A stretch of DNA of 64,000 bases from positions 108,004,001 to 108,068,000 of the forward strand of contig OZ024740.1 in assembly GCA_964016885.1 (NCBI GenBank), read 5' to 3'. The translations under genes and the position numbers were made by a program. Positions 47,045-59,759 of this stretch are shown piece by piece (positions within the stretch are counted from its first letter, which is position 1; the number at the start of each line of letters is the position of its first letter). Under the pieces are notes generated by a model that had not been told where the DNA came from, searched no databases, and saw only the letters and a list, made by a program, of their open reading frames with translations. Origin of the DNA: Eledone cirrhosa. Lineage: Eukaryota.

Positions 47045-48884
47045 CCCTTTAGCATTTACTCTATATCATCATCATCATCATCATCATCGTTTAACGTCCA
47101 TCTTCCACGCTTGCATGGATTTGGACGGGAGTTTTCCCACATGAAGCAAGATTTGTTGTCCTGCTCGTATAGGACTGTCTGGCGGGTTTTCTACGGCTGG
47201 ATGCCCTTCCTAACACCAACCACGTTTACAGTGTGGACTGGGAGGTTTTTACCGTGTTACCTACACGGCCACATTACAGCGTGGACTGTGTCTTTTTTGT
47301 CGTGACACCTACACGTCTGGCGGGTTTTCTACGACCGGGTGCCCTTCCCAAAACCAACCACGTTTACAGTGTGGACTGCGAGGTTTTTACCGTGTTACCT
47401 ACACAGCCACATTACAGCGTGGACTGCGTGTTTTTTTGTCATGACACCTACACGACCTCATTTGTTTCGGACTGGATGTTGTGGTACCAACATAACTTCA
47501 CATTTAAGGGGGTGGAGTGGATGGGGTGGGGGTAGTGGGACGGGGGTTGATTTTGTTAGAGGTGCCTGCTGACTGTAGGTTTCACTTGGTACTTAGGCAA
47601 GGCGGGTCTTCTGTATTACCGCGTAGCGCCAAAGATCTCGGTCCAGTGACATTGTCTTGGAGAGGTGTAAGTGTGTGAGGTCGGAATTTATCAAGTCGTC
47701 CCAGGTTTTTCTGGGTCTGCCTACTCCGTGGCTACTGTCTATTTTTATTGCCCTGCACTTTTTTATACAGCTGTCGTCTTTCATGCGCATCACGTGACCA
47801 TACCAACGTAGTCTTCTCTCGAGTAAACAACATCTGATCCCTCTTATTCCTAATTTCTCCCTTAGTTCGTTTATGCTTTGCCGTTCACGTATATTACTAT
47901 TACACATCCAGCGGAGCATGCAAGCTTCGTTTCTCTCCAGTCTGCGTATATCCTCTGCACACAATGCCCAAGTCTCACTGCCATGTAACATTGCTGTTCG
48001 TATGCAGGCATCATATAGCCTGCCTTTCATTTTTAGAGAGAACCCTTTAGCGGCCAATAGTGGTATAAGCTCTCTGAACTTTTTCCATCCAGTTCTGACT
48101 CTAGCTACAGTACTTTCGGAGCACCCTCCCCCACTGCTGATTTTGTCACCCAGGTAACAGAAGGTGTCCACTATTTCTATAGAACCATCTGTGCAATGGA
48201 ATGAGCTAGTATTCTGTGGTCACTTGCTGCTACTTATTGCACCAGACCACCGGCCACATATAAAATCTATATTCTTAGTTAGCTTACCTGTGATCCCACT
48301 ACATCTTTTATGCACCCATACTTTGCATTTGGGACATAAAATGGAGTTTCTGCCTACTCCTTTCTTACACACTGAACATGGCCATTTCCCAGATGGGACC
48401 AGTGCCCTATTTTCCTTCCTACAAACTAGAACTTTAGTCTTAGACAAGTTAACTTTAAGGCCTTTTGATTCTAGGCCATGCTTCCATGTTTGGAATTTCT
48501 GCTCTAGTTCAGCCATTGATTCAGCTATGAGCGTTAGATCATCTGCATATAGGAGTTCCCATGGGCAGCCGGTCTTGAACTCCTCTGTTATAGCCTGACG
48601 GGCAATAATAAATAGTAGGGGGCTAAGAACAGAGCCCTGATGAACACCAACTTTTACGCTAAACTCTTCACTATATTCGTTGTTAATTCTAACCTTGCTG
48701 ACTGTTTCTATATATACTATTATATTTATTATTATATTTTCACACACAATTATCTATGAGATTTTGATATTATTTATTTTGAGAACATACCTTAACATCA
48801 GTATGAGTGGCTAGTTATGGCTGGTTCGAACAGAAAAAAGTGGTTGGATTTCAGCTTGTTTCAGCTAGTTTAAATGCTAAAGGG
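47045..48884. mobile_element. TTAA-flanked (piggyBac-type) MITE split by an RTE insertion
   Basis: TTAA|CCCTTTAGCATTTA ... TAAATGCTAAAGGG|TTAA. The interior matches an uninterrupted relative at about 15240-15355. Confidence 0.7.
47065..48709 (-). mobile_element. 5'-truncated RTE LINE (subfamily 1)
   Basis: Reverse complement of about 20492-21995. Internal stop at 48220-48222 and a duplicated 3' UTR segment. Confidence 0.95.
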
Positions 48885-48889
48885 TTAAA

Positions 48890-49155
48890 CCAGAATGCTC
48901 GTTAGGTCGGTGCCTATCCTGGTTTCATGGCATGAAGCAACTGAGAATACAAGACTCCCCACTGGACAGGATGCCAGTCCATCGCAGGGTTAAACTCCCA
49001 GCTGTTACTGGTACTGAGTGTACTGTACTGTACAACTGAGTGTACTGGAGCAATGTGAAATGAAGAACACAACACGCAATCCAGCCCAGGAATCGAACCC
49101 ACAACATTATGATCGTAAGTCCAACACCCTTACCACTAGGCCAAGTGCCTCAACA
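48890..49155 (-). mobile_element. tRNA-derived SINE
   Basis: Minus strand TGGCCTAGTGG A-box, GGTTCGATTCC B-box, core and CCCTGCGATGGACTGGCATCC tail. Related to 50200-50420. Confidence 0.8.
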
Positions 49156-49863
49156 CATGAATATAAGCTGATCCCACTATTATGTCTGAGAAATGGGCAA
49201 AAATCAAAACTTTACATAGAATTTGAAGTTGGTGAAAATCATCAAAATATTGATCCCAAATATAAGCCACCACCCCCACTTCTACCATTTCACATATTCC
49301 TCAGCTTATATTCAAGTATATATGGGACCTTATCATCAGGACCTGTGTCACTTGTTATCAAAATCTTAGGACATGGGATTATCTATTTAGTTTTTGTTTG
49401 TTTAAACTTTTTAGTGATTTGACTCTAATTGAACTTAAATAATCTTTTTATGTAAACAGCTGGTCCAATGATCAGAGCAAGATTTAGCAGACCTGTTAGC
49501 TCTTTCTCTCTCTCTGGTTGTGTAATTCTGATTCCCAACCCCAGATCCCCTAATCTACCCCCTCTAAACTCATGAGATATGTTCTATCTCTGATATCACT
49601 GTTAAAGTCAGTCTCTTACACTGTAATATTTGTTATTAGTATATCACAGTTCATGCTGAATGTGTGTATATATATGATTCTTATCATACATTTACAGCAA
49701 TGTTTTCAACATTACATCACTCATTTATATTTATTAGTGGGTAAGAGGCTCCTTTGTCATGATAACTCTGACAGGAATAGTTGCGGTGCAGTTTTTGGTG
49801 TGTCTTAAATATTAACACTACTGGTGCTGCTTATATCTTCTTAATAGACAATATATGAATATA

Positions 49864-50075
49864 CAGAATGAGTCATAAGTAACCGGGGAAGTCAATGCAT
49901 TTTTATTGCAAGGTTCACAGATAACCTTTTGAACATCCACTTATTTGTCTGAGATCAGCCATGGTTATGTTTTTTTAACTATTTTTTGTTTGATGTAATG
50001 TATGACCAGAATTTTAGTAAATATTATCATTTGGAATATAAGTGTTAGACTGTTAGTTACTTATGACTCACCCTT
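49864..50075. mobile_element. Tc1/mariner-type MITE, about 210 bp
   Basis: TIR cores TGAGTCATAAGTAAC / GTTACTTATGACTCA, with TA|CAG at the left end. Confidence 0.65.
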
Positions 50076-50199
50076 ATTTTGGTGAGTCTTGAATAATAAC
50101 ACAATTGGTGCTACTTATATCTTCTTCGGTGTGTCTTGGATAATAACACTATTGCTGCTGTTTACATCTTTGGTAAACAATATATGAAAATATTTAGCT

Positions 50200-50420
50200 C
50201 TGACCTTGTGGTTAGAGTGTTGGACTTATAATCATGATGTTATGAGTTCAATTCTTGTACCAGGTGGTACATTGTATTCATTTCATGTTGCTCCACTCCA
50301 CACTGCTGAAAATGAGTGGTAACATTAGCTGGAATTAACCCTGAGATGGACTGACATGCTGTCCAGAGAAGAGTCCTATACGCTAAGTTGCTTAAAGCTA
50401 ATGAAACCTGGATAAGCACC
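50200..50420 (+). mobile_element. tRNA-derived SINE, diverged
   Basis: Head, core and tail similar to 48890-49155. Confidence 0.65.
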
Positions 50421-50804
50421 AGCTTAAACTTTATTTTCAATGTTATCTTAGAATTACTGTTTTATATCGCTTTCAATGAAGCCTGGTGTTCATACTGATT
50501 TCTTGTACATTAGGCGACAGAGAACTCAAGACTCTAGGCCTGGATGATATACTAGTCCATTAAAGAGTTAAGTCCCTGCTGCCACTGGTATTCATTTTCA
50601 GCTGAGTGAACTGGAACAATGTGAAATGAAATATTTTTCCAAAACCTACAACTTATAATCATAAGACCAACACCTTAACCACTATAGCCTATAGTAGTGA
50701 AAGTTAACGAAACATTATTCATACTACATAAAACTGTTAACAGTTTTTGTGTCTTCTTATAGAAGCATTTTACAAAATGGCAGTTGTACTTTAAACAGTG
50801 TTAA

Positions 50805-51055
50805 CCCTTCCGTTACCACCATACCCTAATTCTACAATATAAAACTATTTCTTTTAAAGTATTTATATATATTTACGAAATAAAAATACCTTCCTTCATA
50901 CTTTTATGTAAGAGCTTTTGTTTAGTTATGTTCCAAACATCAGTTTGATAAGAAAATTAATTATATTACTAAATTCTAGCAAATTCTTAATTATTTTTTT
51001 AATTATTTGAAAATCATAGGCAGTGTCTTTCAATACAAATATTGTAATGAAAGAG
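50805..51055. mobile_element. AT-rich TTAA-flanked MITE
   Basis: TTAA|CCCTTCCGTTAC ... GTAATGAAAGAG|TTAA. Relatives with TTATGTTCCAAAC at about 41900-42330, 56078-56308, 56825-57078 and 60891-61106. Confidence 0.65.
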
Positions 51056-51150
51056 TTAAGTTTTTCCCCAGAATCAGGGTACGGATAACATACAAATATT
51101 TGACCCTTTAATACCACCACCACCTCTCGCCCTCTCTCTCTCATATATAT

Positions 51151-51340
51151 ATAGGAAAAGAGTTAGGACCCCGATGGCTGAGCTCCGGCCGTTTCAACAG
51201 CTAGGTCTGAATGAACATTCAGACCTAGCTGTCGAAACGGCCGGAGCTCAGCTGTCGGGGTCCTGACTCTTTTCCTATTACCCTACTAACCTAAGTATCA
51301 AGTACTCTGGTGCGTTATGGTTTCTTACCACACTTCCTTC
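51151..51340 (+). mobile_element. Palindrome element related to 22433 and 24138 (128-bp fold-back plus tail)
   Basis: Arms 51151-51213 and 51216-51278. GAAAC at 51234, GTC at 51254, tail AGTACTCTGGTGCGTTATGG...TTCCTTCAT. Confidence 0.75.
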
Positions 51341-54300
51341 ATCATCATCGTTTAACGTCCATCTTCCACGCTAGCATGGGTCTGGACAGGAATTTTCCCA
51401 CTTGAGGCAAGATTGGTTGTCTTGCTCAGGACTGTCTGGCGGGTTTTCTACGCTGGATGCCCTTCCTAACACCAACCACATTTACAGTGTGGACTGGGAG
51501 GTTTTTACCGTGTTGCCTACACGGCCACATTACAGCGTGGACTGTGTGTTTTTTTATCGTGACACCTACACGGCCTCGTTTATTTCCGACTGGATGTTGT
51601 GGTACCAACATAACTTTACATCAAAAGGGGTGGTGTAGATGGGGGTGGGGGTAGGGTAGTGGGACGAGGGTGTATTTTGGTTAAGAGCTGCCTACTGACT
51701 TTAGGTTTTGCTTTGAACTTAGGCAAGGCGGGTCTTCTGTATTACCGCGTAGCGCCAAAGATCTCAGTCCAGTGACATTGTCTTGGAGAGGTGTAAGTGT
51801 GTGAGGTCAGAATTTATCAAGTCGTCCCAGGTTTTTCTGGGTCTGCCTACTCCGTAGCTTTCATCTATTTTGATCGGCCTGCACTTTTTTATACAACTAT
51901 CGTCTTTCATGCGTATCACGTGACCATACCAACGTAGTCTTCTCTCGAGTAAACAGCATCTGATCCCTCTTATTCCTAATTTCTCACTTAGTTCATTTAT
52001 GCTTTGCCGTTCACGTATATTACTATTACTCATCCAACGGAGCATGCAAGCTTCGTTCCTCTCCAGTCTGCGTAGATCCTCTGCACACAAGGCCCAGGTC
52101 TCACTGCCATGTAACATCGCTGTTCGTATGCAGGCATCATACAGCCTGCCTTTCATTTTTAGAGAGAAACTTTTTGTGGTATAAGCTCTCTGAACTTTTT
52201 CCATCCCATTCTGACTATCTACAGTACTTTCGGAGCACCATCCACCACTGCTGATTTTGTCACCCAGGTAACGGAAAGTGTCCACTATTTCTATAGAACC
52301 ATCTGGGCAATGGAATGAGCTAGTATTCTGTGGGCATTTGCTGCTACTTATTGCACCTGAGCACCAGCCACATATAAAATTTATATTCTTAGTTAGCTTA
52401 CCTGTGATCCCACTACATCTTTTATGCACCCATACTTTGCATTTGGGACATAAAATGGAGTTTCTGCCTACTCCTTTCCTACACACTGAGCATGGCCATT
52501 TCCCAGCTGGGACCAGTGCTCTATTTTCCTTCCTACATATTAGAACTTTAGTCTTAGACAACTTAATTTTAAAGCCTTTTGATTCTAGGCCATGCTTCCA
52601 TGTTTGGAATTTCTTCTCTAGTTCAGCCATTGATTCGGCTATGAGCGTTAGATCATCTGCGTATAGAAGTTCCCATGGGCAGCCGGTCTTTAACTCATCT
52701 GTTATAGCCTGAAGGGTGATAATAAATAGAAGGGGGCTAAGGACGGAGCCCTGATGAACAACTTTTACGCTAAACTCTTCACTATATTCATTGTTAATTC
52801 TATCCTTGCTGTCTGTTTCTTTATATATGGCTTGTATAGCTCTCACAAGCCATTCATCAACACCTAGTTTTCTGAGAGCCCACCAGATAATGGGGCATGG
52901 GACTCTGTCAAAGGCTTTCTCCAAGTCAACAAAAGCTAAGTATAGGGGTTTACTTTTAGCTAGGTACTTCTTCTGTAGTTATCGTACAATGAAAAGAGTG
53001 TCTGTGGTACTTTTACCCGACACAAACCCAAACTGCATTTCATCTAGATCAATTCGCTCTCTGATTATTTGCGCTATTACTTTTTCTGTGACCTTCATGA
53101 CCTGGTCAATTAGTTTAATGCCTCTATAGTTTCCCCTATCTAGGGCATCTCCTTGGTTTACTATCCGAGTAACCATAGTGTGTCCCATCATCCCAGATGC
53201 TTTCAGCATTTCAGCAACTATTTTCGAAGGCCCAGCCGCCTTGCCTGTCTTCATATCTTTGATTGCCTTACTTATTCTACTACCTTCAACTTGCACTGCT
53301 GGTCCCTCTATTGGATCGATGTTGGGGAGACTGTCTTTCTCCCATTTATTCTCCTCATTTAGTAGCCTTTCATAGTGACACTTCCAAGCTACCTTCTTAT
53401 CAGCGTCAGTGACGGCAAGTCATCATTAAGTACACACTTCTCCCCGACAATATCAGGGTTTTCCTTGACACATTGCCTAGCAATGCTGAACACCTCACGT
53501 TTTTGGTCCTCGTGTTGTAGAACATGCTTGAACTTTCTTTCCTCTGCTTCCCTTCTTGCGAAGTACACTTGTCTCCTAGCTTCCCTCCTGTCCACTTGAT
53601 AGTCTTCTCTACTTCCCCCATCCCGCCATACTTTCCAAGCCTGCTTTTTGGCCTTGATCGACTCCTCCACCATACTGTTCCACCACCAAGTTCCTCTCCT
53701 CCTGCCTATAGGTCTGCTCCAGCCACAGATTTCATCTGTCATCTTCAGCAGGTTAGCTTTCAGGAATTCCCACTGTTCCTCTATATTGTACGACTCTAAT
53801 TGCTCTTCCTTACTGTCAAAAGCATCAAGTAATATGCTTTTAAATTTATTACTGTGGGGTCCTTTAACTTCCATATTTTTCTCCTAAGGATAGTCCTCCT
53901 CTGTTGTCGAGTACGTCTCATCCTGACTATGAGGTCACTAACTATGAGGCTATGTTGGGAGGTGCATTCTTCATGGAGGAGGGATTTAGTGTTTACAACA
54001 GACACTCTGTCACATCTTCTGGTAAGGATATAATCTATCTGACTGGCGTGTTCCCCTGATCTATAGGTGATCAAGTGGTTGTCTCGTTTTTTGAAGTTTG
54101 TGTTACAGATAGTTAGGTTATTTGCGTCACAGAATTCCAGGATTCTGGAGCCTTCCTCATTTCTAGTACGAAACCCATAACCTTCATGGATTCCATCATA
54201 GCCATCACAGTGTTGTCCAACGTGACCATTTAGGTCGCCAGCAATAATTATATAGTCACTGTTGGTTATTTGGGAGGTAGTGAGCATTAACGACTCATAG

Positions 54301-54596
54301 AATCTGTCTTTTATAATGCCAGGCAGTCCGGATTGGGGTGTGTACGCAGATATTATTGTCACAGTAGTTCTAATGAGGACAAGTCTTATTTTAATTATTC
54401 TGTCGTTCACTCTATTTACGTTTATTATCTTATCTACCCATTTTTCTGCTAGCATGATTCCTACTCCGCCCAGCCCATTGTCATTTCCCACTCAGAAAAG
54501 CTTATAACATCATTTTTTACCCACAATGAATCTAGCAGACCCACCCCTCCACCTGGTCTCTTGAATACAGCAAACATCAACCTCCTTACGTTCAAA
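51339..54596 (-). mobile_element. Near full-length but disrupted RTE LINE (subfamily 1): APE endonuclease plus RT
   Basis: DVCCIQETRW, GGVGI, SAYTPQ, AGDLNGHVG, SQIDYIL endonuclease motifs, then RT motifs as above. Several frameshifts and stops. Confidence 0.95.
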
Positions 54597-55216
54597 TATA
54601 TATATATATATATATATAGCTAGCTATCTCTCACACACACACCAACACAAACTTATATAAAGGCATTGTATAAGACATAACTCTATTTTAGGGAAAGAAA
54701 CCTACATAACCACTTGAATCCTTGCTAAGCTTTAAAAAAGATTTCTATCAATCCATATAAATATGTAAAATTTCAGGTTCATCAAACCCATTTATAACAT
54801 ACAAAACATTATGTATGGTATATTCAACCTGAAAGATGGTTCTTCAGATGCAGTAATGTAAATTATCAAAAGCATTAAAATCAGTTATTTCCAAGAAAAT
54901 TTCAGACAACATCATTATCATTGCTTTTACGTCCACTTTCTCATTTTAACACAAATGCAATGACATTTTTTTTAGGCAATTTTATTTGACAGGATGCTTT
55001 CCTGATGCCAACCTTTATGTGATTCTATGTAAGGTACTTATCTTCATGCATTAAACTACTAAATTACAGAACATAAACAAATATCACCAGTTGCCAAATG
55101 ATGTCAATGCAAAAATATACATGGAGAAATACACAAACATAAACATATATATATATATATATATTTTTTTTTTTTGTGAAGAAAACAGTTTATTTGCTTA
55201 AATATATATATATATC

Positions 55217-55562
55217 ATGTGCGTGAACGACCCAGCATGAATGTGTTGAGAGAGAAACTGTGTCTGAGAGGGATAGAATGTAGTGTGCGAGAGAGGAGAC
55301 TGAGGTGGTATGGACATGTGATACACATGGAGGATGACCGATGGGTGAAGAAGTGCCAGGAAATGCCAGTTGAAGGAAGACGTGGTAGAGGTAGACCACG
55401 AAAAACATGGGCGGAGGTGGTGAGAACAGACCTCAGATCGCTGAAGCTCACGGTGGAAATGACGAAGGACCGTGACAAGTGGAGAGATGCTGTGCTGAAT
55501 AAGATCCGTCCCACCCTTGCAAGCAGGGAAGAGAGGATGTAAAATGATGATGATGATGATCA
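55217..55562 (+). mobile_element. 3' fragment of RTE subfamily 2
   Basis: Near-identical to 25135-25480. Confidence 0.92.
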
Positions 55563-56552
55563 TCATTTTTTAATGCTAGCATGGGTTACACAGAGCATGG
55601 GTTTTTATATATATATATATATATATATATAAACATTTTATATATATTTTTTTTTTTATATGTACATATATATATATATGCAGTGGGCTTCCTTCACAAA
55701 GTATTGTCATCTCAAAACTATAGTAGAAGACAGAGTCGCCCAAGGTCCCATACAGTAAAACTAAACTTGAAACTATGTGGTTGTGAAACAAACTTCTAAA
55801 CCTCACAGCTATTTTCATCAGCAAGTCTCATCGAATTCTGGTTCAAGATATCAATAATATTATGGGAACATGGTTTAACTAGTTCTTAGATAAACCACCA
55901 GTAGTTATGAGAATATCTAATTACAACAACTTATCCCACAGTTATCTAGTAATCATTCACAAGATTTTATATCACCAACAATCACACTAATCCGTAGATT
56001 TAAAGGATTGGAAATAGTAAAATATAGAAACCATTTTTATAGAAACTGCCTCCCCCATCAAACAACTGCTATTTCATTTAACCCATTTGAAATCGCAACC
56101 ATGATTCTATGATCCAAACCTTTCTTTTTGAAGTGTATATAATTATCTAAAAACCTTCCATTATGACTTTATGTAACAACCTTTGTTAAATTATGTTCCA
56201 AACACGAGCTTAATAATGTCAAAGTTAGTTATATAATATAATCCTTCCAAATTCCTTGTTATTTTTTAAATTGTTTGAAATGCATAAGTGTTAGTCATGA
56301 AAGAGTTAGCTCTTCCAAGCCTTCCGGCGCTAAGGAGTTTGGGGGCTTAACCCCCTCCAATAATGTGAAAACTTGTTGAATGATCTTAAAATTGTGTTAG
56401 TTAAAAATTATGAATTACTGTTCAAATAAGTAACAAATACAAATATATACAATAGAAAGCGAGCTATTGCTATACCATCAAATATGTAAATATGATCATG
56501 TTTTTAATTTCTTTCTTAGTCTCGTATTGATAATAAAAAAAGTGTGAGCTAA

Positions 56553-56740
56553 TAATTGTTTCTACTTTTGGCACAAGGCCAGCAATTATCCCAATACGTT
56601 ACTGGTACTTTATTTTATTGACCCTGTAAGGATGAAAAGCAAAGTTAACCTCAGCGGAATTTGAACTCAGAGCATAAAGGGACGTAACTCTATGCTGTAA
56701 AGCATGGCGTCCGATCCTCTACCGATACTGCCACTCCACC
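56553..56740 (-). mobile_element. SINE family B
   Basis: Reverse complement of 17437-17625. Confidence 0.85.
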
Positions 56741-57645
56741 ATGAGCTAATAATAATAATAATACATATGTACAGTATATATATTTAAGCCCCTCCAATCT
56801 TAAAACTGTAACAGAAGCTCTGCCTTCTGATACCTAACTGTCTGAAACTATCCACAGTTCTACAATATAAAACTGTTTGTTTTAAAGTGTTTATCATCAT
56901 CATCATCTTCATTTAACGTCCATCTTCCACACTAGCATGATATTTTCTTAATAATTTTTATGTAATAATCTTAGTTTATTATACCAAACCTTTTGAATTC
57001 TTGATTACTCTCAAAATTAATTGAAAATCATAAGTAGTGGGGGTTTTTTTATTAGAAATATGGCAACTGAAAGGTTAATTATTGCCAGAATGAATTTAAT
57101 CACCTCCAATCTTTTAGCTCCCAAGCATTTCCTTTAACCATAAAGACATGAAAGAAGAAAATATTTTCAGCCAGTTTAGACTTAATATTAATCATCTCAA
57201 GCAGGTGTTTGAAACTGGATAACTTAGAAAATGCAACATTTACGATTGGCTATCAAAAACATATAAGCTACCTGTAATTTGGAAATGAATTTGATAGCAA
57301 GCAATTAATTTTTTCTGCTTCTGATTCTCCAAACTTTTTGAAAATGCCAAGTGCTAAGAAAGATATCGCAAATTAAATATATGTAGAAAAGTACTGAAGT
57401 GAAAGAATATTACCAAATATACTTATGTTATTTTATCCAGACATTTTCTTTCTGGTTTCAGTAATTAGACTGCAGTCATGCTGGGGCACCACCCTGATTT
57501 AGTTGATTATATTGACTCTTGTTATTATTTTAAGTCTGGTACATATTTCATCAATCTTTTTTGTGTCAAACCACTAAGTTAAAGAACGTAAACACAGGCA
57601 CAAACGTAAACATGTAGACGGATGCACACACATATATTATATGTA

Positions 57646-57676
<31 letters not shown>

Positions 57677-57687
57677 TTATTAAAATA

Positions 57688-57763
57688 ACAGATTAAAGTT
57701 TAAGCAAAGAATCGCTGCTTTCACCCTTAACGGGATCTTCTGAAACTAACAAAGTCAATCTGT
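57688..57763 (-). ncRNA. Variant extended type I hammerhead (CAGAAGA core)
   Basis: Reverse complement of 59214-59289. Confidence 0.6.
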
Positions 57764-59213
57764 AAACGCAGAAGTGAATATTTCAAAAAACGTTGCAACC
57801 GGAGGAAGACAGGAAGACGAGACTTTGGTTCGTGGAAACGTTCCCTGGCAAAGAACGGGAAAAAACGAATATAATACGCCATTATTTGGAGCGGTGAAAA
57901 ACAATTACGCGCAAAGACAAAACCACGTTTATGGTATAAAAGAAGTCGTAGACTAATATTCTCTTAGGTGGTTCATGGAGACGTTCTCTGGCAATGAACG
58001 GAAAAAACGAAGATAATACGTCATATGTGGAGCGTGGAAAACAATAGCACGCAAAGACAAAACCACGTAAATGGTATAGCAGAAGTCGTAGACAAGAATT
58101 CTAACTAGGAAACCGAATGATTCTCGGCTTCAGAGTTAAGAATAAAGTAAATAAAATACAGAGGTAATTGAAATTAAATAAATACATACACACATCCAAA
58201 TACGTACATACACAAGCATACGCGGAAAGACTCGCCATAGGTATACAAATACACGCACATATAAATATGTGTGTGTGTGTGCGTGTATACAAATAATTAA
58301 ATAAACGTATATAAGTAAATAAATACGTATATAACAAGAGCACACACATACCTACATGTAAATACACAAATGTTCGGAGACGTACATCAACCAAAACACG
58401 CAGTACACATATACACACACCCTACATACGTACGAACCCGCATACTCACACAGACGCAAAACTCACGTATACACATAACCAAAAGCATATGTACCAGAAT
58501 ATATACGCCATAACATATACAAAATATACGTACGAGAAAGTATACGTACCTTCACAAAACATACAGGTAATATATACTTACCTATGCAAATAAGTAATGG
58601 TATAAACATAACATATGTGTACTTCGTGTTTTGGTTGACGTACGTCCCCGAACATATGTGTATTTACATGTAGGTATGTGTGTGCGCTTGTTATATACGT
58701 ATTTATTTATTTATATACGTTTATTTAATTATTTGTATACACGCACACACACACACACACACATATTTATATGTGCATGTATTTGTATACCTATGGCGAG
58801 TCTTTTCGCGTATGCTTGTGTATGTACGTATTTGGATGCGTGTATGTATTTATTTAATTTCAATTACCTCTGTATTTTATTTACTTTATTCTTAACTCTG
58901 AAACGGAGAATCATTCGGTCTCCTAGTTAGAATTTTAGTCCACGCTCCACATATGATGTATTATCTTCGTTTTTTCCGTTCATTGCCAGAGAACGTCTCT
59001 ATGAACCACCTATGAGAATATTAGTCTACGACTTCTTTTATACCATAAACGTGGTTATGTCTTTGCGTGTAATTGTTTTTCACCACTCCAAATAATGACG
59101 TATTATATTCGTTTTTTCCTGTTTTTTGCCAGGGAACGTTTCCACAAACCAAAGTCTCGTCTTCCTGTCTTCCTCCGGTTGCAACGTTTTTTGAAATATT
59201 CACTTCTGCGTTT

Positions 59214-59289
59214 ACAGATTGACTTTGTTAGTTTCAGAAGATCCCGTTAAGGGTGAAAGCAGCGATTCTTTGCTTAAACTTTAATCTGT
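59214..59289 (+). ncRNA. Variant extended type I hammerhead (CAGAAGA core, CUU triplet)
   Basis: ACAGATTGA..AGTTT-CAGAAGA-T CCC gttaa GGG T-GAA AGCA gcgattctt TGCT T-AAACT-TTAATCTGT. All stems pair. Confidence 0.6.
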
Positions 59290-59402
59290 TATTTTAATAA
59301 ATATTTGCTCTACGGTTCTTATATATTTGATATATACTTAACCTTATCGAGCCCTCTTTGGATTTTAGTCTTCAAATTTATTATTATTACTATATATATA
59401 TC

Positions 59403-59730
59403 ATGGCTTAGTGATTAGAGCATTGGCTTTGCAATCGAAAGGTTGTGAGTTCAATTCTCAGACCAGGTGATGTGTTGTTTCCTTGAGCAAGACACTTTAT
59501 TTCACATTGCTCCAGTTTACTCAGCTGTAGAAATGAGATGATAGGGACTGGGGTCCATATCATTCCACTGCAAAGTGGTCGTGGAGGTGCCACGGCAAAA
59601 AAGCACCCAGCACTCACTGTAAATGAGGTTGGTGTTAGGAAGGGCATCCAGCTGTAGAAATCAAGCCAGAATCAGTTCCCGTCCCACCCTTGCAAGCAGG
59701 GAAAAGCGGACGTAAAATGATGATGATGAT
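59403..59730 (+). mobile_element. SINE family C (tRNA head, core, RTE-derived tail)
   Basis: TGGCTTAGTGATTAGAGCA head and GAGTTCAATTC B-box. The last ~50 bp match the RTE subfamily-2 3' end. Confidence 0.85.
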
Positions 59731-59759
59731 ATATATATATATATATGTATATACACACA

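Larger units (their letters stand above)
57673..59390. mobile_element. Head-to-head inverted duplication (about 700-bp arms) of a non-coding HHR-bearing element
   Basis: 57673-58410 is the reverse complement of about 58612-59304, with a roughly 200-bp spacer. Each arm has an internal duplication of about 140 bp and an outer HHR motif. Confidence 0.85.

Noticed and set aside
54775-54852. Minus-strand CTGAAGA followed by an ACC..GGT hairpin
   Set aside because: It is followed by GAAT rather than GAAA, and stems I and III are unconvincing.
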